A stretch of DNA of 64,000 nt. Source: Chrysomallon squamiferum. Lineage: Eukaryota; Animalia; Mollusca. The stretch spans positions 8,804,001 through 8,868,000 of the forward strand of contig CM022677.1 of assembly GCA_012295275.1 (NCBI GenBank). The letters run 5' to 3'. Made by a program: the position numbers and the translations under genes. The notes under the pieces were generated by a model, which worked only from the letters and a program-made list of their open reading frames with translations, ran no database searches and was not told the origin of the DNA. How positions within the stretch are numbered: position 1 is the stretch's first letter; the number at the start of each line of letters is the position of its first letter. Of the stretch, positions 61,001-64,000 are shown in pieces.

Positions 61001-64000
61001 CCCATTAGTACTCCCATTAAGTCCCATGCCTGTCAAGGCTCTAATAGGGAAAACAGGGTTTTGACTTTAAAAATATTTACGGCCCCTTTTTCATCTGCGT
61101 CCAGACTGTGTCTTGCGGATGTGAAAGTCTTTCAAAAAATCTGGCTCAAAGTGTGTATGTGGTTCCCATGTAGGTGTATGAGACGTTCCACCATAAATGT
61201 TTTTGTACCCGATTGTGGAGACGGTGATTGGGAGGGTGACTGGGCAGTTGGTGCCGATCGTGATGATATAGGTGATGATATAGGTGAGTCGTCGTATGTG
61301 GAGTTGTCTGTGGTCTACTGTGATAGAGTTTTAAACGATTGGCGTGTACCAGTGATGGGGTCTTGGATATAGAATGACACAGTTTGTAGGTATGATTGGG
61401 TCCTATTTGTGTAATGAAATACGGACCTTCCCATTTGTGTGTCAGTTTCGGTGAGCGACCTATGGTCTTTTTCTGATTGAAAAGGAGCACTTGGTCACCC
61501 AGGAAAATGTCGGCTTTTGTGCTTTTAGATCTTTGTTGACTGTTTGGCTTTTAGACATGTTGTCTTTTGCAATAGCCTTGACTACTTTGAGATTGTCAGT
61601 GAGTGCAGTGATATGAGTTTTAGCGTCTTTGCCCAAGACTGATTTTGGAAGAAGAGAGGTATCAAATGGAAGATGCATTTTCTTGCCAGAAAGAAGGTAA
61701 TGTGGAGAATACCCAGTAGAATGACAGGGTGAATTATGCACTGCCATCATAATACAAGGAAGCAGGTCAGCCCAGTTGGTTTGTTCTTTGTTGCCATGTG
61801 ATCTGAGGACGTGTTCTATGGTGCTGTTTCTTTGTTCATTCGTCTAAGGGTGATAGGAGGATGTTTCACCTCAAACAATTCGCAAACTGCATTCACCAGA
61901 AGTGAGGTGAACTGACGTCCTCGGTCTGTGACGAGAGTTCGTATATGCACCAAATCTTGTCAATATCTCACTGAAAAGAACTTCGCCAATTTCAGTAGCT
62001 TCTCGAGTACATAGTGGAAATGCATCTGTCCAGCGGGTAAAGGAGTCAACTACTAGAAGTATATACTTATATCCTTCTTTGGTTACAGGTAAAGGACCAA
62101 GAATATCAATGTGAAGTCTCGAAAGGGATCTTCGATAGGAAACATGGGAGCAGGTTTTGCATGAGTGTAACGTTTGGACTTCTGATATTCTTTGCAGGAA
62201 TGGGCGTAGTGTTCTATGTCCTGGTACTTACCTGGCCAGCAATATTTGGTTAGAATAGCTAGCCGAGTAGCATCTCTCCATAAAATGAAACCTCCTGTTT
62301 TTGAATCACATCTTTCAAGAAGAAGGTCTTTCCTGTCTTGAAGAGGGACAACCAGTTGTGGACGGTTGTTTTTCTGTCCTCTGTGATTGGGCAGATAGAA
62401 ATGGTATAAAATGACATTTCGAAGATCATATTCTTGGAAGCGACCCTGGAGTCCTTTTACCTGTGACTCTGAATAGGTAGAAGGTATCTCATTCTTTTCA
62501 GTGTAGTCGATGATATGTCTTATATCAGGAAACTTGCGTTGTCTGTCTGCAGTACTCTGCTCATCAAGGTTTACATCACTTGATAGAACGAAAGGTTCAT
62601 TTGGAACTGTATCATGATGATAATGGAAGTCCACAGATAGTTGAACTGATTCATCAGAATATCAACTGCAATCCGTTTGAAAATTCGTCTGCTGATGAAC
62701 TGTGTTTCCAAAAATTGTATCATCAGGATGCCATTGTTCTGATTTATCATAATGTGAAGTATTGAGTTTTGGTTGGGTATGGTGTTCTGTTTTGTTGAAG
62801 AATGACATGTCAGAAGTATGTGCTGACAAATCAGTGCTATTGGTTGTAGAGACAGATGTTTCTACTGCATGAGCATATGCTAACTGGCTTGTTGATGGAT
62901 CAGTTGTCTGTTTCTTAAATCTAAAGAAGGAATATCATCTGTGACTGGCAGCATAGTTTGTGAAGCATATGGGAACCTGGATAAGGCATCAGCATTTTTG
63001 TTTGCAGTTCCTGCTCGGTGTATTATATCGAAATCATACTCCTGAAGCATGAGCAACCATCTGGCTAAACGTCCTGAATCTGGTTTGATGTCTTTTAGCC
63101 ATGTAAGAGCTCTGTGGTCTGTGTAAACCTTGAACTTCTGTGTTGTAAGGTACACTCTGTAGGTTCTAATGCCTTCCAATACAGCCAGACACTCTAGTTG
63201 TGTAGTTCCCCATTTCTTTTCACAGGGATGTAATGATCGACCTCCATAGCAAATTACATGCTCTCGCCCAGCAACATCTTGCTGACTCAGAATGTATCCA
63301 AGTGCAGATCCAGATGCATCTGCTGTAAGGACAAATGGCTGGTATGGATCAGGACAGGCGAGGACAGGTGCAGATGTTAAGGTTTTCTTAAGCTGAAGAA
63401 AAGCTTGCTGACATTGGACTGTCCATTTGAATGGAACATCTTTCTGGAGAAGATTATTGAGAGGAGAAGCAATGCCTGCAAAGTTGTAGGACAAATTTTC
63501 GATAGTAGCTGCAGATACCTAAGAAATGCCTAACACCGTTTTTTGGAAGTGGAATGTTATCTACATCAATGCCTTCTTTGCTGAGCAAATGCCCAAGACA
63601 GGTTGCCTTTTTCGCGGCAAATCGACATTTGCTAGGTTTCAGTGTCAATCCAGCTTCTTTTAGCTTTTGAAAAATACATGACAAATGTTGAAGATTTCTG
63701 TAAAGTTCTTTGAAAAAACAATGATGTCGTCAATGTAAATTAAAATGTATTTCCAGTTCATTTGTTTGAGAGCTGATGAAATGGTTTTACGAAATGCCAT
63801 TGGAGCATTTTTCAGTCGAAAGGGTAAACGATTCCATTCAAAAATGCCTTCAGGGGTTATAAAGGCTGAACGATATTTTGTGGAAGGATCTAGGGGTGTT
63901 TGCCAGAAGCCACTAGCACAATCTAGAACACTAAATATCTGAGCTTTCGATACCCCAAATGAATCAATGACATCTTCAAATCTAGGCAAGGGAAAGAAGA
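61001..64000 (-). mobile_element. Decayed Ty3/Gypsy LTR retrotransposon pol (RT-RNaseH-integrase), 5'-partial
   Basis: RT: FSVLDCASGFWQ, LPFRLKNAP, YIDDIIVFS. RNase H: LTADASGSALGYIL, LECLAVL, YTDHRAL. Integrase: VDSFTRW, TDRGRQFTS, STGYSPHYLL, KWEGPYFI. The domain order is Gypsy-type; frameshifted. Confidence 0.92.

Overview
AT-rich, microsatellite-dense animal genomic DNA. It is probably lophotrochozoan or mollusc; this is inferred from the gene families present and is not proven. Three kinds of host gene are present. (1) A stop-free ORF of at least 652 codons on the minus strand (1956 to the window edge), missed by the ORF track. (2) A 3-coding-exon AA15 lytic polysaccharide monooxygenase gene (minus, 21933..8740) with a long basic linker, two 6-Cys modules and three apparent 1-nt deletions. 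(3) The main finding: a 14-exon secreted antistasin-domain polyprotein gene (plus, 36724..43597). Its ~90-nt inhibitor-domain exons alternate with 21-30-nt micro-exons that carry KR/R processing-like sites, and the predicted P1 residues vary (A, M, Y, N, M, R, R). A second, inverted copy of this gene (minus, 55911..49974) forms a ~26-kb palindrome around a 3.8-kb spacer that holds a deleted hAT element. The second copy has lost one domain exon in frame. The remainder is decayed mobile elements (pogo-like, SINE, MITEs, Tc1, hAT, LINE, Gypsy), a 38-bp minisatellite inside the LINE, and simple repeats. All translations and coordinates were read by hand and no database searches were run.
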